Of a stretch of 64,000 nt of DNA, positions 49,916 through 60,811 are shown piece after piece. The translations under genes and the position numbers were made by a program. The stretch covers positions 1,344,001 through 1,408,000 of the forward strand of contig CAXXHB010000003.1 of assembly GCA_963664815.2 (NCBI GenBank). The letters are read 5' to 3'. Under the pieces are notes generated by a model. It saw only the letters and a list, made by a program, of their open reading frames with translations. It made no database searches and was not told the DNA's origin. Source of the DNA: Spirochaetota bacterium. GTDB taxonomy: Bacteria > Spirochaetota > UBA4802 > UBA5550. How positions within the stretch are numbered: position 1 is the stretch's first letter; every line of letters begins with the position of its first letter.

Positions 49916-50043
49916 GTATGAAAATAAATGTTCCGATTTTTGCTGATATATTAATCGCTTCGGTTTATAATAATTTTCGCACATTTGTTTAATGAGAAAG
50001 TCCTCGGACTGATGAAAAGTAAGTGACCGGGAAACTTTTAATA

Positions 50044-50180
50044 AGAGGAGAAATTTCATAAATAGTAAGATTATCGGGATAAATGAGTAAAAAAGTCATG
50101 GAACATTAAGCTGAATATATAAGGGTAACAGTGGAAGAAACTTTGAATGCCTGGCCGGATGCTGGAGCGGATAAATCCTG
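50044..50180 (+). pseudogene. IS256-family transposase N-terminal remnant
   Basis: KIIGINE...EYIRVTVEETLNAWPDAGADKSC resembles 'VRGTVEETLNALLDAEAD.LC'. Confidence 0.55.
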
Positions 50181-50289
50181 TATGTTTGTAAATTAATATT
50201 TATTTTTGAGTTTTTTATATTTGTTCCAAAAAATGGATTTTCGCGCAATTGCAGGTAAACTTATTCAACAATTTTATACTTCCCCTTTT

Positions 50290-50499
50290 TTACATCCTCC
50301 AGTCCTTTTTTATTCCTGAAACAAGTTTAGCATCTTTCATTATTTCAGCCATTTCATAATCAGATACACAGATCTCATTGGTAAGATATGACAGAGAGGC
50401 ATTTTCTATAAAATTTGATATAGTACGACGTTCTCCATCGGCAGCTTTTTTCAGAATATTATAAACATTCTCATCAACGCGAACTGTAATTGTTTTCAT
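50290..50499 (-). CDS. RHH antitoxin-like protein, orphan and probably truncated
   Basis: 'MKTITVRVDENVYNILKKAADGERRTISNFI'. Confidence 0.7.
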   Translation of the reverse strand: MKTITVRVDENVYNILKKAADGERRTISNFIENASLSYLTNEICVSDYEMAEIMKDAKLVSGIKKDWRM

Positions 50500-50809
50500 T
50501 TTATCAGCTCTTCAATAATTGCAGTATATTCAATAATATTCAAAGTTTCAAATATTTATTCAAATTTCTACATACGAATTATTCTTGAAAATATAAATCC
50601 AGTTGATTAAAACGCCATTAATATTGTGTCGGGCTGTTGTTCCGGGGGTTATGTCGGGCAGACAGGACGTCAGCATTCCGGCAGACTCAGTTGCCGCCTG
50701 CCGGCATATAACAGGCAGTACAATGTTTGTATTGATATTTCAGGAGAAGTGATGATGTAAAAAATCCAGCCATTATGAATATAATTCTGATTATGAATAG
50801 AGGGTTTAT

Positions 50810-51892
50810 ATGAATAAAATTATCAGAGTGCTGATTCTGTCAGTTCTTATATGTAACTGTTCAACCCAAAAACCGGGTGTAAAAAATGATGATAAGTATA
50901 TTGTGACCGCAAAAAAAGGGATTAACCTGCGGAAGACCCCTGACCGGAAAGGTGAGTATTTGGCGGTAATACCACCAGATGAGCAGTTGATTGTGCTTAA
51001 ATCAACGGATGAAGCTGATGATATAGATGGTATCAGGTCTCCATGGTATCTTGTGAAATATAAAATGTATGATGGATGGGTTTTCGGTGGTTATTTAAAA
51101 AAGATAAGTGATAATAAAAAAGATAACGCTGACAGGGTCAGTAAAGCAATAACCGGCAGTTCTTCAGTCTATGGCATAACCAGAGGGAAGGAGATTCACT
51201 TCAGGCGTTCACCTTACGGGATAACAATGAAAGATCTGAAGGAGGGTGAGGTTGTTTTTATTATTAAAAAGGAAAACTATAATAAGAAACATGGGAAGGA
51301 AGACTACTGGTATCAGGTTAAGAATTTTAACGGAATAACAGGCTGGCTGAAGGATAATTGTGTTTATACACTTGATCCTGAAAAAATACCTGATAAATAT
51401 TATATTCAATTAATACCGCATGAAACAGATAAAGACCCGGACACTACCTGGTACGGCATTAAATTTGAGTTTATGAAAGACCAGAATCTGATTGTATTCA
51501 GATCATGTGACACTGATACCTATTCAGGCAGGATAGTGATGCGTCTGTATGAGGTAATAGATGAAAAAGCGGTTAATGTTTCTTATTGTCTTGATTACTA
51601 TTCTAAAATTCTGGCTGATAACAGGTATATTTTTGTTATAGAGGGTCGCGAAGTTGAGGTTTTTGACAGAAAAATATCCTCCGGATCAGAGGGTTATAAG
51701 TGTTTAGACAGAATCAGTTTTTTAAAACAGGAAGGTATACTGGAAGATGATACTGTTCTGAGTTTTGACAAAAAAGAAAACTGTTTTTATCTGAAACTGA
51801 AAATCCGTAATTATTATACAAAACAGGACTACGAAAAGACTTTCAAATTCGATGGAGAAAAATTCGTAAAAAACGGTACCGGAAATTCATAA
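50810..51892 (+). CDS. SH3b-domain lipoprotein
   Basis: 'GINLRKTPD', 'WYLVKY...GWVFGGYL', second repeat 'WYQVK...GWL'. Confidence 0.8.
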   Translation: MNKIIRVLILSVLICNCSTQKPGVKNDDKYIVTAKKGINLRKTPDRKGEYLAVIPPDEQLIVLKSTDEADDIDGIRSPWYLVKYKMYDGWVFGGYLKKISDNKKDNADRVSKAITGSSSVYGITRGKEIHFRRSPYGITMKDLKEGEVVFIIKKENYNKKHGKEDYWYQVKNFNGITGWLKDNCVYTLDPEKIPDKYYIQLIPHETDKDPDTTWYGIKFEFMKDQNLIVFRSCDTDTYSGRIVMRLYEVIDEKAVNVSYCLDYYSKILADNRYIFVIEGREVEVFDRKISSGSEGYKCLDRISFLKQEGILEDDTVLSFDKKENCFYLKLKIRNYYTKQDYEKTFKFDGEKFVKNGTGNS

Positions 51893-51900
51893 GAAACATG

Positions 51901-52006
51901 GACTGGTTGTATAATAAGTTTCAGACGGCCCGAGTTGTACGATGGGAGACTTTCACGTATGGTTCTTATGCGGGACGGGGAGTGAATGCTCCATGACCTG
52001 CCGGAC
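51901..52006 (+). mobile_element. Group II intron D5-D6 remnant, copy 5
   Basis: GAGTTGTACGATGGGAGACTTTCACGTATGGTTC...CCTGCCGGAC. Confidence 0.7.
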
Positions 52007-52222
52007 TTGCATATTTATTATTTAAGGAGGAATTACAAAATGCATGATAATCCTGACTATAATTCAGCTCTTGAGTTATTTAAAAAACAAAATATTTTTT
52101 TAGTTTGATGGAATCAATAAAATAGAATAAAATGGCTTATCTTATCCGGGAATAATCTGTTTTATTTAAGGCACAATGGAAAAGGCGGAATGTGATTTGA
52201 AAATGAATAAAGGCTGGTAAAC

Positions 52223-52744
52223 ATGAAAATGAAAAATATGTTAAAAATAATAGTGATACTGACAGTTTTTGTATTCTCTTCATGTGGTCGTAGTGAGAAT
52301 ACAGACAGGTCCTCTGAGACAAAGGCACCACAGGTGTCCGGAGTAAAGACAGAGGCCAGAGTAAAAAATGCTCTGGCATTTATAAATGGATATGTTGAAA
52401 ATGCTGATAAAATGGAAAAAGCTGCAGGTATAACTGACTGGGTTAATTCGAATAATTTATCAACGAAGAGATTTAAAAAGGAGTTGAAAAGATTGATGGA
52501 TGAAGCTTACAGGAAAGGCCCGGAATCAGGAATTGATGCAGACCCGATATTTGATGCTCAGGACTATCCGGACAGGGGTTTTAAGCTTGAATCATTTGAT
52601 GAAAAGACAAATTATATGACTGTAAGCGGAATAAACTGGCCTGAGTTCAAATTGACGATGAAAATTATAAATGAGAATGGAAAATGGCTGGTTGATGGAT
52701 GCGGAATGATCAACATCCCGGAAGATAAAAGAGCTAAGAGATAA
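52223..52744 (+). CDS. Putative lipoprotein
   Basis: FSSC lipobox; 'DADPIFDAQDYP', 'ENGKWLVD'. Confidence 0.7.
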   Translation: MKMKNMLKIIVILTVFVFSSCGRSENTDRSSETKAPQVSGVKTEARVKNALAFINGYVENADKMEKAAGITDWVNSNNLSTKRFKKELKRLMDEAYRKGPESGIDADPIFDAQDYPDRGFKLESFDEKTNYMTVSGINWPEFKLTMKIINENGKWLVDGCGMINIPEDKRAKR

Positions 52745-53240
52745 AAACTGCACACAGTTGAAGATGTACTGCCTGCATTAAGCTGCAGGTACGTTCTTTT
52801 CAATCTATACCTCGCGGAAGTTTTAAATTACATAACTGTTGATTCGGATGAAATAAGATCAACAGTTATGTAATTTTAATACCGGAATAATTAAATTTAA
52901 TATCAACACCGGTTGGAAATTGCCGTTTTTTTCAAACGTAATCTCTTTGCCGGTTATAATGTTGACATAAAGGAAGATAAAAGAGAATTGTAAAAAATAC
53001 TTTGCTGATTCTTATAGTTCGCATCAGACAGGAACAGATTAAAATACAGGCAGATTAATCCGGCAGTATTTTCCTGAAGATTCAGACTTTAAAAATTATC
53101 CGGCGGTGATATCCGATCTGCTGTTAAAATTTAAATAAAAGAACAGGAATACGGATGGGATATTATATGCAAAATGATGTTTTGTAAAGTATTGCACTTG
53201 ATCATTGTATTCATGATATCAATTCAGGAGGATTTTATTT

Positions 53241-54893
53241 ATGAATAGTGACAGAATAAAGAAAGGTTTTGATAAGACCGGACAATGTGCGCTAATTTAT
53301 GCAACAGGCGTATCTCCTCAGTCAATTGACCGGCCATTTGTCGGAATCGCCAGTTCATTCAGCGATCTGGTTCCGGGACATATCGATATGAGATCGCTTG
53401 AGAGACAGATTGAAAAGGGAATTCATTCCGGTGGAGGAAATGCATTCATTTTCGGGTTACCGGCAATATGCGACGGCATCACAATGGGGCATAAAGGGAT
53501 GCATTACTCTCTTCCATCAAGGGAATTGATTGCGGATAGTATAGAATCGGTTGCAACTGCGCATGCTCTGGACGGACTGGTTCTTTTAACCAACTGCGAT
53601 AAAATAACTCCCGGAATGTTGATGGGGGCATTACGGTTGAATATTCCTTTTATTGTTGTTACAGCGGGTCCCATGCTTACAGGTCGATATAGAGGTGAAA
53701 AGCTGACACTTGTAAAGAACGCATTCGAAGCAGTCGGAAGTTATAAAGCAGGTTTTATTAATGATGAAGAACTTCATAATTTTCAACTCGAAGCCTGCCC
53801 CGGAGCCGGATCCTGCCAGGGACTATACACCGCAAACACGATGGCATGCATTTGTGAAGCTATGGGATTGTCGTTGCCGGGTTGCGCGACGGCTTTGGCT
53901 GTTTCTTCAAGAAAGAAACGCATCGCATTTGACAGCGGATTTCAGATTGTTGAATTGATAAAAAATAATATAAATCCTCAAACCATAGTAACTAAAAACG
54001 CTTTTGAAAATGCCATTTTTGTTGATATGGCTCTGGGCGGGTCAACCAATACAGTTTTACATTTACCTGCTATTGCACATGAAGCAAATATAAGTATTGG
54101 CTATCCTGATTTCATTGAAATTGCAGAAAAAGCTGTTTATATTTCCGCGATCCAGCCATCGGGCGACTATGCAATGGAAGATCTGGAGTATGCCGGAGGC
54201 ATACCGGCAGTATTGAAGGCTGTTATGCCGATGTTGAAAAACAATCCGACCGTTTCAGGTATGGATATTATTGAAATAGCTGAACGGGGGGAAATTGTGG
54301 ATACTGATGTCATTCATTCATCAGATAATCCGATTAAAAAAGGTGGAGGGATAGCTATTCTTTTCGGAAACATAGCGCCAGATGGTGCAGTTGTCAAAAC
54401 AGCAGCAATGACTCCGAATATGCGCAGATTCAGGGGTGTTGCCAGACCATTTGATTCAGAGGATGATGCTATGAAAGCGATTCTTGGTGAAACTGTTAAA
54501 CCTGGTGACTGTGTAATAATCAGGTATGAAGGCCCGAAGGGTGGACCGGGGATGCGGGAGATGCTGTCGCCAACCTCTGCTTTGTTCGGGTTGGGACTGG
54601 GAGATAAAGTTGCTCTTTTAACGGATGGACGTTTTTCCGGTGGTACAAGAGGAAATTGTATTGGCCATGTCTCACCTGAAGCATATGAATGTGGTACCAT
54701 TGCCCTGGTTGAAGATGGTGATATTATAGAATATGATGTTGATGCCGGAACTATAAATCTGAATGTTGACCAGATAATTTTAGACAAAAGAAAAAAATCC
54801 TGGCAGGCCCGTTCTCCTAAAGTTACTGCCGGATATTTATCAAAGTATATCAAACAGGTTTCTTCATGTCATCTTGGAGCAGTATGCTCCTGA
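53241..54893 (+). CDS. ilvD: Dihydroxy-acid dehydratase
   Basis: 'CDG', 'NCDKITPG', 'GGSTN.VLH', '[14 protein letters not shown]', 'TDGRFSGG'. Confidence 0.96.
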   Translation: MNSDRIKKGFDKTGQCALIYATGVSPQSIDRPFVGIASSFSDLVPGHIDMRSLERQIEKGIHSGGGNAFIFGLPAICDGITMGHKGMHYSLPSRELIADSIESVATAHALDGLVLLTNCDKITPGMLMGALRLNIPFIVVTAGPMLTGRYRGEKLTLVKNAFEAVGSYKAGFINDEELHNFQLEACPGAGSCQGLYTANTMACICEAMGLSLPGCATALAVSSRKKRIAFDSGFQIVELIKNNINPQTIVTKNAFENAIFVDMALGGSTNTVLHLPAIAHEANISIGYPDFIEIAEKAVYISAIQPSGDYAMEDLEYAGGIPAVLKAVMPMLKNNPTVSGMDIIEIAERGEIVDTDVIHSSDNPIKKGGGIAILFGNIAPDGAVVKTAAMTPNMRRFRGVARPFDSEDDAMKAILGETVKPGDCVIIRYEGPKGGPGMREMLSPTSALFGLGLGDKVALLTDGRFSGGTRGNCIGHVSPEAYECGTIALVEDGDIIEYDVDAGTINLNVDQIILDKRKKSWQARSPKVTAGYLSKYIKQVSSCHLGAVCS

Positions 54894-55034
54894 GTTATGT
54901 TATTTGTTAAGGTGTAATCAATATATTATCGCTTAATTTTCTTTTAAATTTATTAATTGCAATAATATATCGATACACTTTGATAACAGATGACGCAGGA
55001 TTGCATCAGAATATATTTATTCATGGAGGATATA

Positions 55035-55844
55035 ATGACTGACAGAACAGGTATTCTCTGTTTCTCTGCGACTAATACAACAAAAATAATATGTAATGCT
55101 GTTGCTTCCGGAATGGGATCTGTTAATCCGCTGATTCTGGATATGACTCTTCCGGATAAAAGGGGAGAAATTATTGCTGATGTAAAAACACTGCTGGACC
55201 GGATAGATTATTTAATTGTAGGTGCACCTGTTTATTCCGGCAAACTGCCGCCTGATGTTATAGAGTGTCTCAAAGCTTTTAATGGTTCCGGTAAAAAAGC
55301 TGCAGCGATTGTTGTATATGGCAATAGGGACTATGGAGTTTCACTTTATAATATGGTTGAAATACTTTCTCAAAATGATTTTAATGTTGTTGCCGCAGCT
55401 GCATTTGTTGCCCAGCATTCATATTCGGATATTGTACCTGTTGCAATGGGGCGTCCGGATAAATCAGATATAGAGAAGGCACAAAAGTTTGGAGCACAGA
55501 TATTGTCTGCTTCCGGGCCCCTTAGCCTTAAAGATATTCCGCTTCAGATTGACCAGCATTCAAAGTCGGAAAAATATTCATCTCTAAAACCATCTTATAA
55601 TGAAAAACTATGCATTAAATGCGGAAGGTGCGGTAAGACCTGCCCGGCCGGTATACTGTCATCTGATACGGGCAGATATTTAAACCGATCTGTCAGGAAG
55701 AACTGTATAGGATGTATGGCCTGTGTTAAAAATTGTAAACCTGGAGCAAGGTTTTTAAAAGTGAATCCGGCAGTAAAAATGGTTATGAATAAAATTCTCA
55801 GGCAGGCATCTGCTGAAAGAAAGGAGCCGTTTATAATTATCTGA
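55035..55844 (+). CDS. Flavodoxin-fold / 4Fe-4S dicluster protein (EFR1-like)
   Basis: 'FSATNTT', 'VYGNRDY', two CxxCxxCxxxC motifs. Confidence 0.85.
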   Translation: MTDRTGILCFSATNTTKIICNAVASGMGSVNPLILDMTLPDKRGEIIADVKTLLDRIDYLIVGAPVYSGKLPPDVIECLKAFNGSGKKAAAIVVYGNRDYGVSLYNMVEILSQNDFNVVAAAAFVAQHSYSDIVPVAMGRPDKSDIEKAQKFGAQILSASGPLSLKDIPLQIDQHSKSEKYSSLKPSYNEKLCIKCGRCGKTCPAGILSSDTGRYLNRSVRKNCIGCMACVKNCKPGARFLKVNPAVKMVMNKILRQASAERKEPFIII

Positions 55845-56028
55845 CTGGAAAATCAGCCGTATTAAGTATGTTTAAAACAACACAAAAATACGGCTGAAAT
55901 CCGCCGCCAAAGTATCGGCCCGGACATTGCCGCATTGCATCAATAGGCCGTGAAGCTTCAGACGGCCTGAGCCGGGAGATGAAATCAGTACCCTTATTTG
56001 CAGAAGTAGCGGCTGGAGGTTTAAAATA

Positions 56029-56394
56029 ATGAAGATATATCAGATTGATGCTTTTACCAGTGAATGCTTCAAAGGAAATCCGTCAGGGGTATGTATATTA
56101 ACCGATACCGGTAATGTTAATGAAGATCCTGTAACCGGTTCAGCTCATTCATATTTAGCACCGTATTGGTACGGGAAATTAAATAAAAAAGTATTAAATG
56201 CATATCAGGCATCAAAACACGGCGGTGAAATTCAATATGAATTGACAACAGATAAGAGAGTATTGCTTAGATGGAAGGGGGTAACAATTTTTGAAATTGA
56301 AATTGAAAAAAAATCCGGCCAGCCTGAAGAGTATCTGCACCGGAGAAAACTGTTTAAGATACCCTTCTTGAGGGTATGCAGAAATGCAGTTTAA
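56029..56394 (+). pseudogene. PhzF-family epimerase with large internal deletion
   Basis: N-terminal 'QIDAFT...GNPSGV' joined directly to C-terminal 'EDPVTGSAH..LAPYW'. Confidence 0.8.
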
Positions 56395-56423
56395 AATGCA
56401 ATAACCTTTTATATCGGAGGAAT

Positions 56424-57188
56424 ATGACACAGATTAAAACAATCGGAACTTTTAAGGTAATACTGCTTTATGCAATTACTTCATCGCTGATATATTCAGG
56501 ATTATATTTTGTAATTCCTGTTTTATTAAAATCAGGACTTTTATTTTTTCCCTCATATTTAATTACATTTTATCCTGCTTTTATTTTAATGTTTATTCTG
56601 ACTTTTATACTTTTAAAACGGGATGGATACAGTTTACGGTATAATGTTTTATCAGAAAGGCTGAGATTAAAAAAACTGACAAAGAAAGATCTTTGGATAA
56701 CATTACTCCTTTTCATTATATGCATTGGCACATATTTTTTATTATCATTTTCCGGTTCTGTACTTGCAAATATCCCTGTGTTCGCACCGCCCGATTTTTT
56801 CCCCCCTGAGATAAACCCGTTAAAACATAAACTTGTTAATGGAACATTTATGAATTATCCTCTGCTCGGTAACTGGTGGATTCCATTAATATATTTTATC
56901 TGCTGGATTTTTAATATTCTGGGTGAAGAACTGTTATGGAGGGGATATCTCATTCCGCGAATGGAATTGAAATGGAAAAATAATGCCTGGATTGTCAATG
57001 GCCTGCTCTGGTGGGTATGGCATTTTTACTGGAAGTGGAATCTGCTGATTCTTTTACCGACAAATTTATTAATTCCATTCGTTGTTCAAAAAAGAAAAAA
57101 TACATGGATAGGGATAATTGTTCACGGAACTATGAATTTTCTGCCTGTTATTTATTTAATTCTTGGAGTAACCGGTGTTGTAAAATAA
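56424..57188 (+). CDS. CPBP (CAAX/Abi) intramembrane metalloprotease
   Basis: 'GEELLWRGY', 'W..WH', 'IIVHG..N'. Confidence 0.88.
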   Translation: MTQIKTIGTFKVILLYAITSSLIYSGLYFVIPVLLKSGLLFFPSYLITFYPAFILMFILTFILLKRDGYSLRYNVLSERLRLKKLTKKDLWITLLLFIICIGTYFLLSFSGSVLANIPVFAPPDFFPPEINPLKHKLVNGTFMNYPLLGNWWIPLIYFICWIFNILGEELLWRGYLIPRMELKWKNNAWIVNGLLWWVWHFYWKWNLLILLPTNLLIPFVVQKRKNTWIGIIVHGTMNFLPVIYLILGVTGVVK

Positions 57189-57625
57189 ACAGCATTCAGC
57201 ATAGCAGATGTGTATTTATTAAATAATTCCATTTGTATTCCCCGTGATCAACTGATTCATAAATCCGGTTGTCTGTTGTTATGAACCTGCTTTGCTCTCG
57301 TCTGCAGGGAAAGCCGCTGCACCAAAAACCATGATCAATGCCGCAATTAAACCTGCCGGTTTTACATTGTATTTCATGTTATTCTCCTTTGAAATTATAT
57401 TTTAATGGAAGAATGCAATTACCTGATTAATGATCTTTAAAAACACTTTTGTAAATAGACTTTTTTGATCTCAATTCTCATCAGTCTTATCACCCGGATT
57501 TGAATATATTTATTCATTTGTGTCTCAGATTATGATCATCCTGCCACGGAGTATAATAAGGTCATAGGAGAGCTATTCCTTAAGAACTCCTGTTGCAGGT
57601 GTCTATCATTGATATTGAGTATATT

Positions 57626-60600
57626 TCAAATATTCGCGGGAGCTTCATCCCTTACAAGGATACGACCTTCAGTCGCTTCCCGGAATTTTTCTATATATTC
57701 AAATACAGCAGGTACAACAACCAGAGTTATCAATGTCGAAACAATAACACCGCCAATGATTGAAATTCCCATTGACTGTCGTATCTTTCCGACCTCGCCG
57801 AGTCCGAAGGCAAGAGGGAGCATCCCTGCTATCATGGCAAATGTAGTCATCAGAATCGGTCTTAAACGTCTCTGCCCGGCCTGTAGTATCGCTTCTTTTA
57901 CAGCAAGTCCGGATTTAATACCATGTACGGCGTTATCCACAAGAAGAATCGAATTCTTCGTTACAAGGCCCATGAGCATTATTATACCGATCATGCTGTA
58001 TAGATCAAGCATTGTGTTTGTAATAAACAGTGCAAGTATGGCTCCGGTTAATGCAGGTGGTACTGCGAGAAGAATAGTAACCGGAGTTACAAATGATTCA
58101 TACAGACTGGCCAGAACAAGATACATGAAGACAAAAGCCATAATTAATGCCAAAAGAACACTCGTGCCTGTATCTGAAAAATCTTCTGCTTCTCCGCTGA
58201 AACTGTAATGTATGTCAGAAGGGAGTTTAACCTGATCTTTTATTATAGATTCAGCCTGTTTCATGGCGTTTCCAATTGCGCCGTTACCTTTGAGGTTGGC
58301 TGTAACTTTTACGATGTAGGCTTTATCAAGCCTGCTTATTTTTGAAGAACCTGTGACAAGTTCACTGCCGGCAATCAGGTTCAGAGGAATCATGCGGTTG
58401 TCACTGTTGGGTACTTTAATATTATTGAAGCTTTTCTCAAGATAACGCTGTTCCGGTTTTACACGGATACGTATGTCATAGTTGATCCCTTTATCACGGA
58501 ATTTACCCGCTTCAGTGCCTGCTATACTGTATCTCAATTCAGTTCCGGCTGTGTTAGTTGAGACGCCAAGAGACTTCATCTTTACCGGATCAAATTTAAT
58601 CCGGTACTCGGGATTCCCTTTTTTACAGGTTGTATCAAAATCTGTGAGATCAGGAATAACCTTTATCTTTTCAGCTATTTCACCAGCCCATTTTTCAACA
58701 GACGCACGATCGCTCCCGGAGATAACCATGGTAAATGCATCGTCTTCCGGACCACCTGCTATTGTGGCTATTTTTGGATGTGCATATTCAAACCCTGCAA
58801 GCATTAAGCGGATGATTTCCTTGTTTTCATCTGTAGTTTTATCCCGTTTATGCTTTAAGAAACAGTCAATCTGACCTTTTGTAACCTCCCCTTCGGCTGA
58901 ACCGACAGTAATACCGAAATGATCTATATCTTTATTACTTTTAATTTTGCTGATAATATTATTAACCATATCCTCTGTGCCATTCAGGCTTGTTCCTGAC
59001 TGCATCTCTATTTTTATTGCAAATTCTCCGTTATCCTCTGAAGGGAAAAATGTCTGTTTCACAAACGCCAACAAGCCGAGGCTTCCGAGAAATATGACCG
59101 TTGCTGCAATTATAACTATAAGCTGATGCCGGAGACATATCTTCATAATCCTGGTATAAAGTTTTTCTGCTTTATCCTGCAGTTTTTCAAAATATAGCAA
59201 GATAAAATTATCCGATTTTTTACCTTTACCTGCGAAATAAGCGCTCAAAAACGGCGCAACTGTAAGTGCATCAAATAAACTTACAAGCATAGCAAATGCG
59301 ACTGTAAAGCCGAATTGTCTGAAAAGCTTTCCTATCATCCCGCTGAGCATCCCTATAGGAAGAAATACAGATAGTATAACAAGTGTTGTGGCTATTACTG
59401 CGAGCATAACCTCTTTAGTCCCGATTTCCGCAGCCCTGAATGGATTCATCCCTTCTTCGATCTTTCTGAATATATTCTCTCTGACGACTATTGCATCATC
59501 AACAAGAAGTCCGATAACCAGTGACAGGGCCATCAGTGACATTACATTGAATGTATATCCCAATAAATTAATCATAATAACAGCGCCGAGTAAACTGTTC
59601 GGGATGGCAATTGCGGTTATGAGTGTTGAGCGGGCATTGCCAAGGAACAGGAAAACAACCAGGACAGCCAATAATATGCCAAGTTCAATGGAAGTTACAG
59701 TCTCGTCTATAGCCGCAATTATCTCTCTCGATGAGTCATAGGCTACAATAAGATGAGTATTTCCATTGTCTTTTTTCAGACTATCATTAATATTATTTAA
59801 TTGTTCTTTAATACGTTTCACAACTTCAACAGTATTTTTTCCTGACTGTTTTACTATATCGAGATAGATACATGAATTCAGTTTACCAGGATCTGCTGTC
59901 GTTTTTTTTGAGTTTTTATCATCTGATTTTTTAATATCAGAAAAGTAACATCTGCTTTCAATATCCTTTAAACCATCTTTAACCTCACCCAGAGTATTAA
60001 TACTGACAGCGTTGCCTATTTCTCCGGAAAAAGATATCATGGTGTTTGTAATCTGATCAAAATCATTGAATTCCCCCATAGCCCTGTAGATTGTCTGGTT
60101 AGCACCGTGATCCTTTTTACCAACCGGAATGTTCGAACCGGCATTTTTAATCTGTTCAACAACTCTGGTTAAAGGAATCATATATTCATTCAGTTTGTTC
60201 CGGTCTATTTCTACCTGGATCTCTCTGCGGCTTCCCCCGGTTATATCAACCTTCCCGACATCTTTAATTCTTTCCAGTTTTGGCTTGATCATCTCTCTTG
60301 CAAGGTCGTATATCTGTCCAGGTGGAAGATCCGAAACAAGTGCGAGCTTGATAACTGAACCTGCATTCGGATCAAATCTGGAAAGTACCGGATCAGATTC
60401 AAGATCATTCGGGAGATTGTTTTTGGCTGAATTAATCTTGTCAAGTATCTCCTGCGATATTTTATCCAGGTTGGAATCCATATTAAATTCAAGGGTTATT
60501 GTGGATAAACCCTCTGAGCTTTCAGAGTTAAGATGAAGCAGGCCTGATATTGATCCGAACTCTTCTTCGAGAGGCTTTGTTATAAGCTGTTCAATGTCAT

Positions 60601-60769
60601 CAGGTGAAACTCCGGGATACGATGTAGTTACACCAAAAGCTGGAAATGAAGAATCCGGAAGAAACTCTTTTCCTGTGTTAAAGTATGAAATACATCCAAA
60701 AACAATAATAAGGATAACAATACATGATATAAATACAGGTCGTTTAATTGCAAGTTCAGCTATATTCAT
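57626..60769 (-). CDS. RND efflux permease (AcrB/AcrD/AcrF family)
   Basis: 'IGLLVDDAIVVREN', 'GLVTKNSILLVD', 'RLRPILMT'. Confidence 0.95.
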   Translation of the reverse strand: MNIAELAIKRPVFISCIVILIIVFGCISYFNTGKEFLPDSSFPAFGVTTSYPGVSPDDIEQLITKPLEEEFGSISGLLHLNSESSEGLSTITLEFNMDSNLDKISQEILDKINSAKNNLPNDLESDPVLSRFDPNAGSVIKLALVSDLPPGQIYDLAREMIKPKLERIKDVGKVDITGGSRREIQVEIDRNKLNEYMIPLTRVVEQIKNAGSNIPVGKKDHGANQTIYRAMGEFNDFDQITNTMISFSGEIGNAVSINTLGEVKDGLKDIESRCYFSDIKKSDDKNSKKTTADPGKLNSCIYLDIVKQSGKNTVEVVKRIKEQLNNINDSLKKDNGNTHLIVAYDSSREIIAAIDETVTSIELGILLAVLVVFLFLGNARSTLITAIAIPNSLLGAVIMINLLGYTFNVMSLMALSLVIGLLVDDAIVVRENIFRKIEEGMNPFRAAEIGTKEVMLAVIATTLVILSVFLPIGMLSGMIGKLFRQFGFTVAFAMLVSLFDALTVAPFLSAYFAGKGKKSDNFILLYFEKLQDKAEKLYTRIMKICLRHQLIVIIAATVIFLGSLGLLAFVKQTFFPSEDNGEFAIKIEMQSGTSLNGTEDMVNNIISKIKSNKDIDHFGITVGSAEGEVTKGQIDCFLKHKRDKTTDENKEIIRLMLAGFEYAHPKIATIAGGPEDDAFTMVISGSDRASVEKWAGEIAEKIKVIPDLTDFDTTCKKGNPEYRIKFDPVKMKSLGVSTNTAGTELRYSIAGTEAGKFRDKGINYDIRIRVKPEQRYLEKSFNNIKVPNSDNRMIPLNLIAGSELVTGSSKISRLDKAYIVKVTANLKGNGAIGNAMKQAESIIKDQVKLPSDIHYSFSGEAEDFSDTGTSVLLALIMAFVFMYLVLASLYESFVTPVTILLAVPPALTGAILALFITNTMLDLYSMIGIIMLMGLVTKNSILLVDNAVHGIKSGLAVKEAILQAGQRRLRPILMTTFAMIAGMLPLAFGLGEVGKIRQSMGISIIGGVIVSTLITLVVVPAVFEYIEKFREATEGRILVRDEAPANI

Positions 60770-60811
60770 TTTTTACTCCGTGATTTTTTAATGTTATAAT
60801 ATTCATAAATA

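Noticed and set aside
55950-55985. Possible sixth intron remnant (TTCAGACGGCCTGAGCCG)
   Set aside because: Match too short and no D5 3' arm or D6
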